DNA of 64,000 nucleotides from Naegleria gruberi (Eukaryota): NCBI GenBank assembly GCA_000004985.1, contig GG738881.1; one strand, written 5' to 3'. The notes under the pieces were generated by a model that was not told where the DNA came from, did not search any database, and saw only the letters and a program-made list of their open reading frames with translations. Both the position numbers and the translations under genes were made by a program. Positions 1-10,834 of this stretch are shown here, in pieces. The first letter of the stretch is position 1. The number at the start of each line of letters is the position of its first letter.

Positions 1-1084
1 GACAACCAAGTTTGTCGCCCAATTGTAAACCTTCTTTGGTTTCAACTTCTCTTTCTTCATCAGGAATATCACACTTATTTCCAATAATAACAACAGGTAG
101 AATTGTTTGAGAAGTTGAAGATGAAACGCTACTTGTTGTGCTAGATGTTGTTGTTGGAGATGATGCTATAGATGATGAAATTGAACCGGTTTCTCTTCCT
201 GGTGAGCTAGGGCTCACAATAGTTGTTGGATTATTTGAGGTATCTGTAACATTCAATGTTGGAGTGGAAACATTACTACTATTTGTGCTGGTTGTAGTTA
301 CAGTATTGGTAGAAGAAGAAGATGAAGAAGCATTATTTTCAGTAGCCTTTCTCTTCTTCTTGTAGGCATTTTGCCAAGAGTTCTTATTCATTTCAGCCAA
401 GATTGGAGAAGTAGGATCGTGAAGTTGCAAAATTAATTTCATATGAGTTTTCACCTTTTCAAGAGAGAATTTGTTCTTTACATCAAACATTAACAGGTAA
501 CCATCAATGTGTGATTTCAACTCTTCCTTCTCTTCAGTTGTAAATCCTGTATCAAAGAGAGTAATCATGGACAACTCGTATTTACAGTTTTGGAACTCTA
601 CAGAGAAAATATCTAATGTGTTTAAACACATTCAAATAACAAGTAAATATGTGATGCAAATTAAATAATATTATAGATATTCAAAATAAAACAATTCATC
701 ATCAAAGAGTAAGGGAATGACCATTCAATAAGCAATGCCATCACATCAGCACCAAGTTCATCACATCAAACACATGAACCAGTCGCAAACAAGGTAGTGA
801 AAGGAGACATGATCCAATGAAGCGTTTTCAATGAAATTTTTTTGATAAAAGGGCGCCAAAATTATTCATTAGGTTTGATTATCAGTAGGAATTGAATCAT
901 AGCAGAAATTGAATATGAATGATTGATTGTTTAGATAATGATATATACTATTATGAAATTAATAAATTTAACGTACACTTATTGGCTCCAGGTCTAACCT
1001 GAACAATTTTACCATCATATAATTCAGTGGCTGCTTTTGCAAATTCTTGTTTCCCGACAGAAGCTCCTCCCCTATGATGATGAT
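1..1084 (-). CDS. Divergent Ras/Rab-like small GTPase, partial (3' end runs past window start). At least two exons: about 977-1084 and 1-612. Start codon not resolved.
   Basis: Minus-strand translation gives a P-loop-like HHHRGGASVGKQEFAKAATELYDGKIVQVRPGANK, then an AT-rich intron of about 364 nt (GTACGT donor, cattag acceptor). The next exon reads YIFSVEFQNCKYELSMITLFDTGFTTEEKEEL...VVIIGNKCDIPDEEREVETKEG: switch-II-like DTGxxxE and a G4 NKxD box (GNKCD). A Ser/Thr-rich insert (~90 aa) lies between switch II and G4. No in-frame ATG upstream before a stop, so a further 5' exon is likely. Confidence 0.5.
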
Positions 1085-1876
1085 TAAAGAGTTTTTTGTG
1101 ATTATGAATGTTTTTTAATTATATTGTCATCATATTCGATATAATAATGGAAAATGGAATTTGAAGAAATCATTAAAGATAATAGCAGTGATGATTTGGT
1201 TTAATTATGAAAGAATTCATACATACATTACACAAATACTATATTTAACCGTTTTCATGATGATGATATCGTGATTTTGATGTTATTGCTGATGAAAGAA
1301 CACGATACGAAAGGTTTCTCAGAGAAGAAAATGAAGCGATTCGTATTGAATTTTTTTTTCGAATGTGTCAACCTTCAAGAGCAATTTTGGATCAGTTTAG
1401 ATTTATTTTGGCTTTATGAATCGTTGCATAGTATGAACAATTATCTCTCCTAAAGAACTATCGAATAAAAATTTACTTTCAGATGCTATTATTTCATATC
1501 CATTGAACAATACAGTATTAATATTGAAATTTTGAAATTCCTTGCTCACAGTTTAATTGTTGTAACGACATTTAAATTGCATGTTGTATGCAACATTCGA
1601 ATATGAAGGAAAGAAAAAATACTTTTTATGGTTCATTACCCTTCTTTCTGAAATATGACATTAGGACTTTGTAACAACAAATAACATACATTTGATGTTT
1701 CGATAAAGTAGGATGCCTATTGACTTATGTGTAATATGGTGGATAAATTTCATTATTTACATTCTTATTTCCATAACTATTCGAATCAGCATGTTCTTCA
1801 ACCTAATTACAACAATATTGCTAGTATTGTATCTCATTGTAAAAGATGGTTAATAATGAAGTAAAACTTAAAAAAA

Positions 1877-3496
1877 ATGGAACCAGTAAATATCTTGCTA
1901 ATTGATTTCAATGAAGTACCCAAAAACTTCTCATCCTCTTCATCGTCATCATTAATCGGAATGTTGTTTGCAAAATTTCAAAATCAAAGCAAAGGTTTTC
2001 GTAAGTGGCTTCTGAAACGAGAGGATTTTCTGATGGAAATTGCACTCCATGAGAAATGTTATCTAGATTCCCATCGGGTTGGATTTACCTACATAGATCC
2101 TGTCTATTTGAATTTATCACTTGAATTTATTCACGATTGGGAAATAATAGAACAATTAATTGATTATGTTCCGAGTCAATATTTACCTGCTTCTTGTGCT
2201 ACGAGACAGTTTTGGAAGAAATTATTGGGGAAAAGAGGATGTTGGTTTTCTAGCCTTCCACAGGAGTTGAAACAAGATAGGGAATTGATTATGAGTGCTG
2301 TTGGAGCTGGAGATTGTGAAATATTTTCATCGCTTCCTATTGAATTGGTGAATGATTTGGAATTTATGAGGGAATGCATTAAAATTGAGGGATCTAGTTT
2401 ATTATTTTGTAGAGATGAGGAGGTTAAGAGGGAATTGAATTTTGAGGCTGTTTGTATGGGTTTAGGAATAGAATTTCTCAAACGAGATGAAAATGGAAAG
2501 GTAATTGATTTTGGAGATCAGTTTAATGATGATAGGGAAGTAGTGTTGGAAAATTTGAAAAGGAATGGATCTCTTTTCCAAAAAGTTTCGAACAGGCTCA
2601 AGGATGACAAGATATTAATTATTGAGGCAATGAAAACAAGTAGGTCAATTCTCACTTGTCTATCAAATGAAATGAAACAAGATGAGGAAATAATCAATGC
2701 TGCAATTCAATATAATCAATTCCAAACTCTAAAATGCTACTTTGAAAGTAAGAATTATGTGAAAGATTATGAGAAGGATGTGGAGATGATATGTAAAGTA
2801 TTGGCAGAAAATGGCTCTGATTACGGTTACCTTCCTTCAGATTATAAGCAAGACAAGGATTTACATTTGAGAATTTTCAAAATCCACACAAGTTTTATTG
2901 AAAGATTCCCAAAAGAAATGTTGCAAGACAAGGAAATTATATTAGAGGCAGTCAAAAATCCTCCTACAGGATTTTTACCCTTCAGTTCAGCCTCGTATTC
3001 ATTGAAACAAGATGAAGAGTTTGTGAAGCAAGTTATCGAACTTTCTCCTAGCTCTATAGTAGTCGTCCATAACAATTTGAAGAAAAATAGAAGTTTAGTA
3101 ATGCAAGCTGTAAAACAACAAGGTGGTTTACTCCAATTTTGCAGCCATTTTCGAAAAGATAGAGAAATGCTCTCCATTGCTCTCACACAAGTAACTCAAA
3201 ACAAGTTAACCCAAGATGAGTTTGATTTTCTTTTTGAGGAATCGATAATATCAAAAGAAATGATACCAACTCATTCCAAGCAATTGCTTGAAATAGTTGC
3301 CAAATTTGATCCTCACTTGCTCATGTATAATTCTAATGCAGATGCTGACATTTGGGCAATTGCTGCGAAATATACTGGAACTATCCCACCAAGCATGACT
3401 ATTGAGGAAATGCCAATGCTATTTGAACAACGATTGGAATATGAATATTGTGGATTTTACCTTCCTCCACGTTACAAATCTCATCAATTTGATTGA
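1877..3496 (+). CDS. DUF4116-type repeat protein (539 aa).
   Basis: Single ORF with aaaaaaaATG context. About 10 degenerate ~36-aa repeats of the form LKQDRELIMSAV / MKQDEEIINAAI / LQDKEIILEAVK / LKKNRSLVMQAVKQ / FRKDREMLSIAL, which fit the DUF4116 pattern (D.E.v..Av..ng). Confidence 0.7.
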   Translation: MEPVNILLIDFNEVPKNFSSSSSSSLIGMLFAKFQNQSKGFRKWLLKREDFLMEIALHEKCYLDSHRVGFTYIDPVYLNLSLEFIHDWEIIEQLIDYVPSQYLPASCATRQFWKKLLGKRGCWFSSLPQELKQDRELIMSAVGAGDCEIFSSLPIELVNDLEFMRECIKIEGSSLLFCRDEEVKRELNFEAVCMGLGIEFLKRDENGKVIDFGDQFNDDREVVLENLKRNGSLFQKVSNRLKDDKILIIEAMKTSRSILTCLSNEMKQDEEIINAAIQYNQFQTLKCYFESKNYVKDYEKDVEMICKVLAENGSDYGYLPSDYKQDKDLHLRIFKIHTSFIERFPKEMLQDKEIILEAVKNPPTGFLPFSSASYSLKQDEEFVKQVIELSPSSIVVVHNNLKKNRSLVMQAVKQQGGLLQFCSHFRKDREMLSIALTQVTQNKLTQDEFDFLFEESIISKEMIPTHSKQLLEIVAKFDPHLLMYNSNADADIWAIAAKYTGTIPPSMTIEEMPMLFEQRLEYEYCGFYLPPRYKSHQFD

Positions 3497-3678
3497 GATT
3501 TCAATTAAATTAACCTTAGCCTTGCATTTCTTGCATCATCAAGTTGGTTACACACTTACGGAAGGATTGATTGCAAAGGAATTGTGCCAAATTTGGTATT
3601 CCTTTCTCACAGCTCCTTAATTAACCGTGTGACCTCTGATAACTTTCGCAAATAATTCAAAACCAACTTGCGAAAAAA

Positions 3679-4989
3679 ATGGCTCACTACCAACCTGTCA
3701 TTGATCCAGCCACCACCACCTTTACTATCAATCATTTACCTCCAGATTGCTTGATCGAAATATTCCAATATTTGCCATTTCTTCCCTCCGTATTGAATTT
3801 ACAATTAGTCTCTTCGGCATGGAGAAATACTGTTCAACACTTTATTGCTAGAGGAGGATTTGATTTGAATTTAGGATTTCTTCCGAGCCATGTAACACTC
3901 TCCAAGTTTATAATGATCATTGGTCGTTTCTATAATGCTAAACAAATTACATTGTGTAATTTACAGTTGACTGTTGATTTGATGAAGGTGTTGAGCTTTA
4001 CAGCTATTGAAACATTGGTCTTGTGTAATTGCTCAACAGAGGCTGCCGTTTCATTCTCTCCAGATTTGGTTAGTTCAGGATTCAAGCAATTCAAAGATTT
4101 TCAGAGAGAAATGAATGAGAAATTGGAAGATTCTGGAAGATTGCCTTTTTATAATTTGAAAAGAGTGATTGTAATTGACTCTTCTACCTGTTTGAATTTC
4201 GTTTGGAAGGAAGATTTTATTGAGGATAATAGGGATGAATCTTGTCAAGCATCATTGAAATCATTTTACAATTTGGAAAGTGGATTTGATAATTGTTGGA
4301 ATTTCAAATCAATTTCTATGAACTCTAACAAGAGAGTTTCATTTCTTGCTTTAGAACTTTACAATGGTGGAGATGCCAAGAGTAGAGATTCAAAAAAGTT
4401 TGTAACCCTAAAGAGTGGAAAAACCCTTGTCAACATTCCAATTCAACCAATCGAATATGTTGAAGATAAGAAGGCGCTAATGTTTAAATATGGTCTTAAA
4501 AGTAATTACAGAAAAGTCAAATTTAATAGCAAAACCCTTCAGCAAGCAATAGATAATTTCCTTATTGGAATTTATTCTTACACAGCTCTGGAAGATTTCT
4601 TGACACTTGTGGTAAATTCGCCAACACGACCAATGAATTTTGTGACTGACAAAGGATTCTATTCAGAATTGATTTATTTCCTCCACAAATATCAGATTTT
4701 GAGAGAAAATTCAAACATTCCACTTAGAATAGTTCAGCTAGCTGAAACATTGGATTACCACTGGGCAAGTTTCTCACAAACTGAACCAGTTTCAACCAAG
4801 ACAGAAAATATCAGTGAGGAAATTCCAGTTCCATTCTCTTGGGTGCACCTTTTGAAGAAGGGTCAATACATTCACCTTCCACCTGCTCAACCAGAACCAG
4901 AGAAGAAGGAAAGTACTGAAACTAAACCAGTTCGTAAAAGTTATCGTGGCCTATTGACAAGAGGATCCTCTTCAAACAATCAAGATTGA
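3679..4989 (+). CDS. F-box domain protein (436 aa).
   Basis: N-terminal LPPDCLIEIFQYLPFLPSVLNLQLVSSAWRNTV matches the F-box consensus (LPxEIlxxIfxyL...V.k.W). A-rich ATG context. Single exon. C-terminal region has no recognised domain. Confidence 0.7.
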   Translation: MAHYQPVIDPATTTFTINHLPPDCLIEIFQYLPFLPSVLNLQLVSSAWRNTVQHFIARGGFDLNLGFLPSHVTLSKFIMIIGRFYNAKQITLCNLQLTVDLMKVLSFTAIETLVLCNCSTEAAVSFSPDLVSSGFKQFKDFQREMNEKLEDSGRLPFYNLKRVIVIDSSTCLNFVWKEDFIEDNRDESCQASLKSFYNLESGFDNCWNFKSISMNSNKRVSFLALELYNGGDAKSRDSKKFVTLKSGKTLVNIPIQPIEYVEDKKALMFKYGLKSNYRKVKFNSKTLQQAIDNFLIGIYSYTALEDFLTLVVNSPTRPMNFVTDKGFYSELIYFLHKYQILRENSNIPLRIVQLAETLDYHWASFSQTEPVSTKTENISEEIPVPFSWVHLLKKGQYIHLPPAQPEPEKKESTETKPVRKSYRGLLTRGSSSNNQD

Positions 4990-5194
4990 GATGGTAGTGC
5001 CACTTATTCCATTAATCATCACTTATTGCACATTCTTCCATTGTTGAATTCGTTGGTGAAATTTCGTCGTTCGTGAATAAAGGAACCAACAAGATGCAAC
5101 ATGTTCTGTAACCCTGTAAATTAAGCATGATGTGCAATTTTTGAATTGATTTTTCTGTCGTAAACAATGATTTTCATGTTCCTTTCATAAAAAA

Positions 5195-6318
5195 ATGTTA
5201 AACACTTCCACTTCATCAACAGCAGTGATTGATCAAGCAGCAAAGGCAATTGCATCTGCCACTCACTTGTATTTTACAGCCGGAGCTGGTATGGGAGTTG
5301 ATTCTGGGCTTCCTGATTTTAGGTGAGTTTAAATTTTTTTGTAAAGTTATAATAATTATTAATAATATATTTAAATATAATTAAATATAATTAAACAATA
5401 CTTGAAAAAATTAATGATTTTAGAGGAAAGAATGGATTTTGGAAAGCCTATCCACCAATGCAAAAATTGGGCCTCGAATTTCACCAAATGAGTAATCCAA
5501 AATGGTTTGAGAGGGTAACTATACTATTTAACTATTATTTAAATATTATTGTAAACTAACATTAGGATCCAACATTTGCACATGGATTTTTCGCTCATCG
5601 TTACAATCTGTACACTAGTAAATTACCCCACCATGGCTATCACATCCTAAAAGAATTGTCCGAAATGCCCAACATACAGGACTATTTCATTTTCACATCG
5701 AATGTAGATGGACACTTTGCACAAGTTTTCCCACAGGAAAAGATTGCCGAATGTCATGGCTGTATTTTATATTTGCAATGCACAAATTCTTCCACCTGTG
5801 AGGATATTTATAGTGTGAAGAAACATAATGAGTTTTATGCGGAAACACATCCAGAGACTTGCTATCCATTGCCTGTTGATATGGAATCGTTTAGAGTACC
5901 AGAGAAATCACTTCCTAAATGTATTCATTGTGGATCTCTTGCCAGACCTAATATTATGATGTTTGGAGATTATGGATTTGTTGGTGATAGATCTAATGAA
6001 CAGGAGGATAGATTGAGAGAATCATTTATCAAGTGGAGAGAGGGAATTGATAAAACTAAAAATGTGGAAAATCAAATACATTTGGTCACTATTGAAATTG
6101 GTGCTGGTGTTGATGTGAATACTGTAAGATGTGAAAGTGAGGAAAAGACAAGAAAATATGCAAATATTGACCATGTTAAAACAACCTTAATTAGAATTAA
6201 TCCAACTGATCATCAAATTCAGCAATTCTCTATTGGAAAGGGAGTCGGTATTGAAATTCCTCTTGGTGGATTAGATGCTCTCACTCAAATCAAGCAAAGA
6301 ATTGCAGAATTGAAATAA
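5195..6318 (+). CDS. Sir2-family NAD-dependent protein deacylase (sirtuin), 3 exons: 5195-5322, 5424-5514, 5566-6318 (about 324 aa).
   Basis: Exon 1 encodes ...THLYFTAGAGMGVDSGLPDFR (sirtuin NAD-binding GAGxSxxSGIPDFR motif). GTGAGT...ttttag intron of 101 nt; exon 2 GKNGFWKAYPPMQKLGLEFHQMSNPKWFER; GTAACT...attag intron of 51 nt; exon 3 ...FIFTSNVDGHFAQVF...ECHGC...CIHCG (Zn-binding Cys pairs). Phases are consistent across junctions. Confidence 0.8.
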
Positions 6319-6369
6319 CAATTGGAAACCAAAGAACAAATTAAGATTTTATTGAATGATTAAAATGGA

Positions 6370-7855
6370 TTACCTTTTAATAGCACGTCTGTTCAACGTT
6401 TTTAATAGAGGGAAGGCATCCTTAAACTTGGATTCAGGGACACTGTCTGGTGAGAAGTCAATATCAGTCAGATTTCTGATATTTCCATTCGCAAAGTTTA
6501 GCATTGAACTTTCAGAAAGTGAATTTCTACACAATTTGAGCACTTTCAATTTGACAAGATTACTATCGCTCAAGAGTTTCAAACCAGCAGAGCCAATGTC
6601 ATTTCCACAAAGATTAAGCAATGTCAAATTTTGTAAATATGGAGAGTTGACTATATCTTTAACACTCACACTAGTCAACAGAGATTTGTGAGGAATACAA
6701 GTTATAGATCTCAAAGTGGAAGAATATTCAGAAAGGCATATACGAAATATTCCCAAATCTGAAATATCATTCTCTGAAATATCCAAAATGGCAATCTTTG
6801 TAAGCAAGCCGTTGAATAATTTTTCCAAATGGTCATTATTAATGCCACACTTGGTCAGATTGAGTGATGTTAAATTGTGCATTGGTTTTAAGGCATCAAC
6901 AGAGACAGAATTTTTTGACATGTCCAATACTGTTAAATTGGGGAAAATAGTTTCAGCAAACTGTTTCCAAGGTTTTTCATGTTGAACTCTTCCACATTCC
7001 ATTTTCAAAGTTTGCAATTTCGTCAATTTACAAATATCTGGAACAGCTTCTGAAATGTGAAATCCAGAAATGTTCAAAAAAGTTAGATTAGGCATATTCC
7101 ACTTCGTAAAGGGTTTCAATTCTTCCCAACTCTCATACCTTCCAACATTCAACGATTCCAATGATGAAATCGATCCAACAAGATTCAAACCATACCAAGT
7201 GAGCTGGCAATTCGATAAATCAACAATTTTCAAATCAGGTTTACGAGTTGCTAGAAAGTTAAACCACCAATCTGTACTTGGTCCTTGAAACCCACATCCT
7301 ATCAATTTTAAAACTCTCAACTTGTCGAATTGAGATATACGCCTATAACTGGTCCAATCATTACCAGCCCTATTCAAAGAAAATGTTTCAAAATCTTTGA
7401 ATTTGTAAAGAGAATCAAAGTCAGAACAATTCAAATCACAACACAAAGCTAACCATTCCTGAGCATGATTCTCAAATAATTTCTTCAATTTGAACTCACA
7501 ATTCTTCATAATGACCTTCTCAACCTTTCGGAAAGCTCCCAACCTAGCACATTCATATATAACATCCTCGCTATTATCTTTAAAATCAAGTGTTGCTACC
7601 TTTACATTAGCCAGTACCCACTGATGAAAATTCCTGCAAGCCATTCCGATCGTTCGCCTTAATACCTTACTCCATAAATCTAAAGATGTGATGATGAAAA
7701 ATCTCTGCCGGCAATATGGCCACTAATTCAGCACCTTCATCTTGTTGGTTGCTTTCTACTAACGGTGAAGATACAGTAGTGATATGTTCGGACATTTTTT
7801 TGGATTTGATTTTTGAAGATTCATTGTAATAGTCAATTTTAATTGATTTCAACAT
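6370..7855 (-). CDS. F-box / leucine-rich-repeat (RNI-like) protein; probably 2 exons (7855-7671 and 7633-6370) joined across a putative 37-nt intron.
   Basis: The large ORF 6370-7644 is LRR-rich (LKVLKLCRNSLSESS, LTLLNLCGNDIGSAG, LTSLNLTKCGIN). The upstream ORF 7667-7855 (ATG at 7855) ends ...LVAILPAEIFHHHIFRFME, an F-box start. GTAAGG...CTTGCAG 37-nt intron would fuse the frames (phase 2). The join is inference. Confidence 0.55.
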
Positions 7856-7861
7856 GTTGTT

Positions 7862-8926
7862 TTATTGATGAAAAACAAAGATGAGCAATACAATAAGAAA
7901 CCACCATGCAGAAGAGGAAGGTCTTAAATTATTAGAGCTATTAACTCGTCCACCACTGCTTGATGGTTTTCTGCTTGAACTTGTTGGAGTAATCAATGTT
8001 GATTGACCAGTTGGTGCTGAGCTAGTGCTTGGTTTAGTAGTGCTTTGCAATGGTTTAGTGCTTGACAATGGTTTAGTAGTGCTTGGCAATGGAGTGACAG
8101 CATTACAATTACTCTCAAAAGCTCCAATATCTGGAGCAATGTCATTATTAGCAAGTGCTACACCCTTACCAATCAATGTAATGTTTTGATTGCAACGAAG
8201 TTTAAAATCCAAGTTAGTTGCATTATTAAAGTAGTATGTCAAATTAGATGCAACTATTTCATTAATAATATGAGAACCAAGATTAGCATAGGACCAATCA
8301 ATAAATTGCCAATTATACATTTTGGCTTTTTCTTGCATAATGTAATTGTAATCAATATCCCAATAACGAGCCAGTAAGTATAATGGAGAATTGGTTTGGA
8401 AGGTTGGTTTCTGGAGTGGAGTATTGATGAAGGCATTGTTTTTCATCTCGACAGTTCTTGGATAATAAGTATTTGTGGATATGGAAATAATGGATGACAA
8501 TGCTAATTCCTCAAGAATAGCTCTATTCAAGCCAATGACTTCATTGAGAGCTCGTTTGTCAGAGAATGAGGCAGGATTAATGACAGATCCGTCACTGTTC
8601 AAAACTCCCTTAGTTGAAAGAGCTACCCAATATGGATAAGCTGCTCCTCCTGTAACATTCAAAGAACCAACTACATCATTCTTGTGTGTGTACATGAAAG
8701 AGGTGTCATTGACAATAGTGTTGAGGAAAGTTACAATCTCTGTTTGTAAAGATGAGCCAATTTGTCCATAATTATCCAGAGCTTGAATCTTTGAAACCAA
8801 AGTTGGATTCTTATTCCAAATCAAAGTTTGTGCCATTGCATTGTTCATGGTTTTGACTTGTGTGAACAAATTGCTAAAGCCAGTCGTACCAATTGAGAGA
8901 ATAAGAGGAGTGTCATCCTTCAACAA
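7862..8926 (-). CDS. C-terminal part of the same beta-helix gene (-1 frame): unknown globular domain, then a Ser/Thr/Pro-rich stalk and a C-terminal hydrophobic tail (GPI-anchor or TM-like).
   Basis: Overlaps the upstream ORF by 14 nt in another frame. Ends ...STTKPLSSTKPLQSTTKPSTSSAPTGQSTLITPTSSSRKPSSSGGRVNSSNNLRPSSSAWWFLIVLLIFVFHQ* (mucin-like stalk plus hydrophobic C-terminus). The track's M is TTG. Either a frameshift (sequencing error or pseudogene) or an unusually short intron joins the two. Confidence 0.5.
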   Translation of the reverse strand: MLKDDTPLILSIGTTGFSNLFTQVKTMNNAMAQTLIWNKNPTLVSKIQALDNYGQIGSSLQTEIVTFLNTIVNDTSFMYTHKNDVVGSLNVTGGAAYPYWVALSTKGVLNSDGSVINPASFSDKRALNEVIGLNRAILEELALSSIISISTNTYYPRTVEMKNNAFINTPLQKPTFQTNSPLYLLARYWDIDYNYIMQEKAKMYNWQFIDWSYANLGSHIINEIVASNLTYYFNNATNLDFKLRCNQNITLIGKGVALANNDIAPDIGAFESNCNAVTPLPSTTKPLSSTKPLQSTTKPSTSSAPTGQSTLITPTSSSRKPSSSGGRVNSSNNLRPSSSAWWFLIVLLIFVFHQ

Positions 8927-10751
8927 GGAATCTCAACCAAACATTGTAGAATACATTGTTGTACATTCTAATTTCAGAACTCCAGTTAATTCCCATTGGA
9001 CCACCTATAATGACATTGCCAGTAAAGGTAATCTTACCACAATTTTCATTCCACATATTTTGAGGATTGTGAGTTAGGGCGCCATCATAGGTTCCGTCGT
9101 TGATTAAGTAATTATCCTTAATGAGAATGTTGTGAACCTTTGAAAATTGAATATTGTCTGCATGTTGAAGTTCACTTGAATGAGGACCAATTCTATTCGA
9201 AATGATTTGAATATTAAAAGTATCGAATAGAGCATTGGTGTTTCCTGCCCAAATACCATTATTCAAATTGTGATGAATGTAGGTATTTTTAACAGTACAA
9301 TCACGACTTCCCCTTGCAAAAAAGTCAATTCCATTGTTCCAGTTATAGGCATATTCACCTCCGTCAATGATAATATTATCACCCATTTGGATACCAAGTC
9401 CATCAAAGAAATTTTCATTTGAAGTAATATTCAAGTATGAGGTCTTACTGCAATAATTACAAAAAACACCAGTTCCTTCAAATCTTCTGACAAACAAACT
9501 GTCAAAAACGAGATATTCTGTAAATTGCATCCAAAGTCCATATTTGATGACAGAAACTTCAATAGATTTAGGAAGAGTATCAGCAGAAACATAAACTTGA
9601 TTATTATCGAGAGCATACTGTCCAGGTTTTGAAATCAAACCAACGTGATTTCCCAGGGCATACTTATCATTCTTAATGAAGGAAAATCCTGAATATGCTG
9701 TACCATCAAGAGGAGAAATAGCTACATTAGTGAAACCAGCAGTATTGGTTTTACTGTCATATGATAAAACAGTTCTGTAAAAGGTAACTTTGGCCAAGGT
9801 ACCGGCTGGATTGTTTCCATCCCCAATGAAATGATACAGTTTAGCACCAACCCAGTAACCATCTGGAACACTTGTACCATCGGCTTTCTTTCTGAATCTA
9901 TCGTCAAGTTGCAAATAAACTATATTAGAAACTGTGGTAACATTAGTAGCAGCAGTAATGGTGATATAATTAGTTGACAAGAATGGATCAAGATCTGAAT
10001 ATGGCAAAGGTATCATGGCAGGTACCAATTTCTTGGTCTCAGAATAAAGAAAAAGAGGAGTTCTTTGAATAGTAGTTGTGTAAATATTAACTGGAGCGGA
10101 TGCAAACAATTTAACCTTACTCATGTCAACTGGAATAGATCCATCAATAATCACATTCTTTGAATCAGTTCCCTTGAAAGTAATTGGATGTCCAGGGAGT
10201 GCTGAATATTGAATCTTTAAGGTTTCTCTATAAATTCCAGGTCCAATTATTAAGGTATCGTCTGGCTGTAACATGTATTGAGCTCTTGAAATGGTTTTCC
10301 AAGGAGATGATTTAGTTTTACCATTATTAGAATCTGATCCAGTACTTTGATCAACGTAGAATGTTTGAGGAGATGCAGAGTGGAGCAATTTACCTTTCCA
10401 GACCTTGACTCCCAAGATCTTGTATCTGCTAGTAGTTGGACTGTCAGTTGTCTTATCATAGAATCCAATCTTTCCATTAACTGAATAGAATACCTTCATT
10501 GCATCAGCATCAGAATCAGAAATATTGATTAGATAGTCGCCACTGGCAATACCAACTTGTCCAATGGAAATAGAAATGGAATTACTCGATTTCTTAATAT
10601 AGAACTTGTGATCGGTATAAACTGAATTTCCAGCACCACCAACCAAAAGGGAAGAACTATGAATTAAGGTTCTAACCCCATTCAATACTCTTGTAATAGT
10701 TTGAAATTGGTCTGGTTTGTACAAAGCTGGAATTGACGAAAAGGTGATCAA
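8913..10751 (-). CDS. Right-handed parallel beta-helix (pectin-lyase-fold, DUF1565-like) protein, N-terminal part; frame-shifted relative to the downstream ORF.
   Basis: FYVDQSTGSDSNNGKTKSSPWKTISRAQYMLQPDDTLIIGPGIY is the typical DUF1565 / beta-helix start. Later PbH1-like repeats follow (NNGIWAGNTNALFDTFNIQIISNRIG, HNILIKDNYLINDG, NNVFYNV). The track's M at 10751 is TTG; no in-frame ATG lies upstream before a stop, so the 5' end is unresolved. Confidence 0.6.
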   Translation of the reverse strand: MITFSSIPALYKPDQFQTITRVLNGVRTLIHSSSLLVGGAGNSVYTDHKFYIKKSSNSISISIGQVGIASGDYLINISDSDADAMKVFYSVNGKIGFYDKTTDSPTTSRYKILGVKVWKGKLLHSASPQTFYVDQSTGSDSNNGKTKSSPWKTISRAQYMLQPDDTLIIGPGIYRETLKIQYSALPGHPITFKGTDSKNVIIDGSIPVDMSKVKLFASAPVNIYTTTIQRTPLFLYSETKKLVPAMIPLPYSDLDPFLSTNYITITAATNVTTVSNIVYLQLDDRFRKKADGTSVPDGYWVGAKLYHFIGDGNNPAGTLAKVTFYRTVLSYDSKTNTAGFTNVAISPLDGTAYSGFSFIKNDKYALGNHVGLISKPGQYALDNNQVYVSADTLPKSIEVSVIKYGLWMQFTEYLVFDSLFVRRFEGTGVFCNYCSKTSYLNITSNENFFDGLGIQMGDNIIIDGGEYAYNWNNGIDFFARGSRDCTVKNTYIHHNLNNGIWAGNTNALFDTFNIQIISNRIGPHSSELQHADNIQFSKVHNILIKDNYLINDGTYDGALTHNPQNMWNENCGKITFTGNVIIGGPMGINWSSEIRMYNNVFYNVWLRFLVEG

Positions 10752-10834
10752 TATGTTTACAATTTATGTAATTTACATGTTTTTAGTTCTAGAACTGGTT
10801 GTATACACAATGAAATAATGAAAAATCAAAAAAT

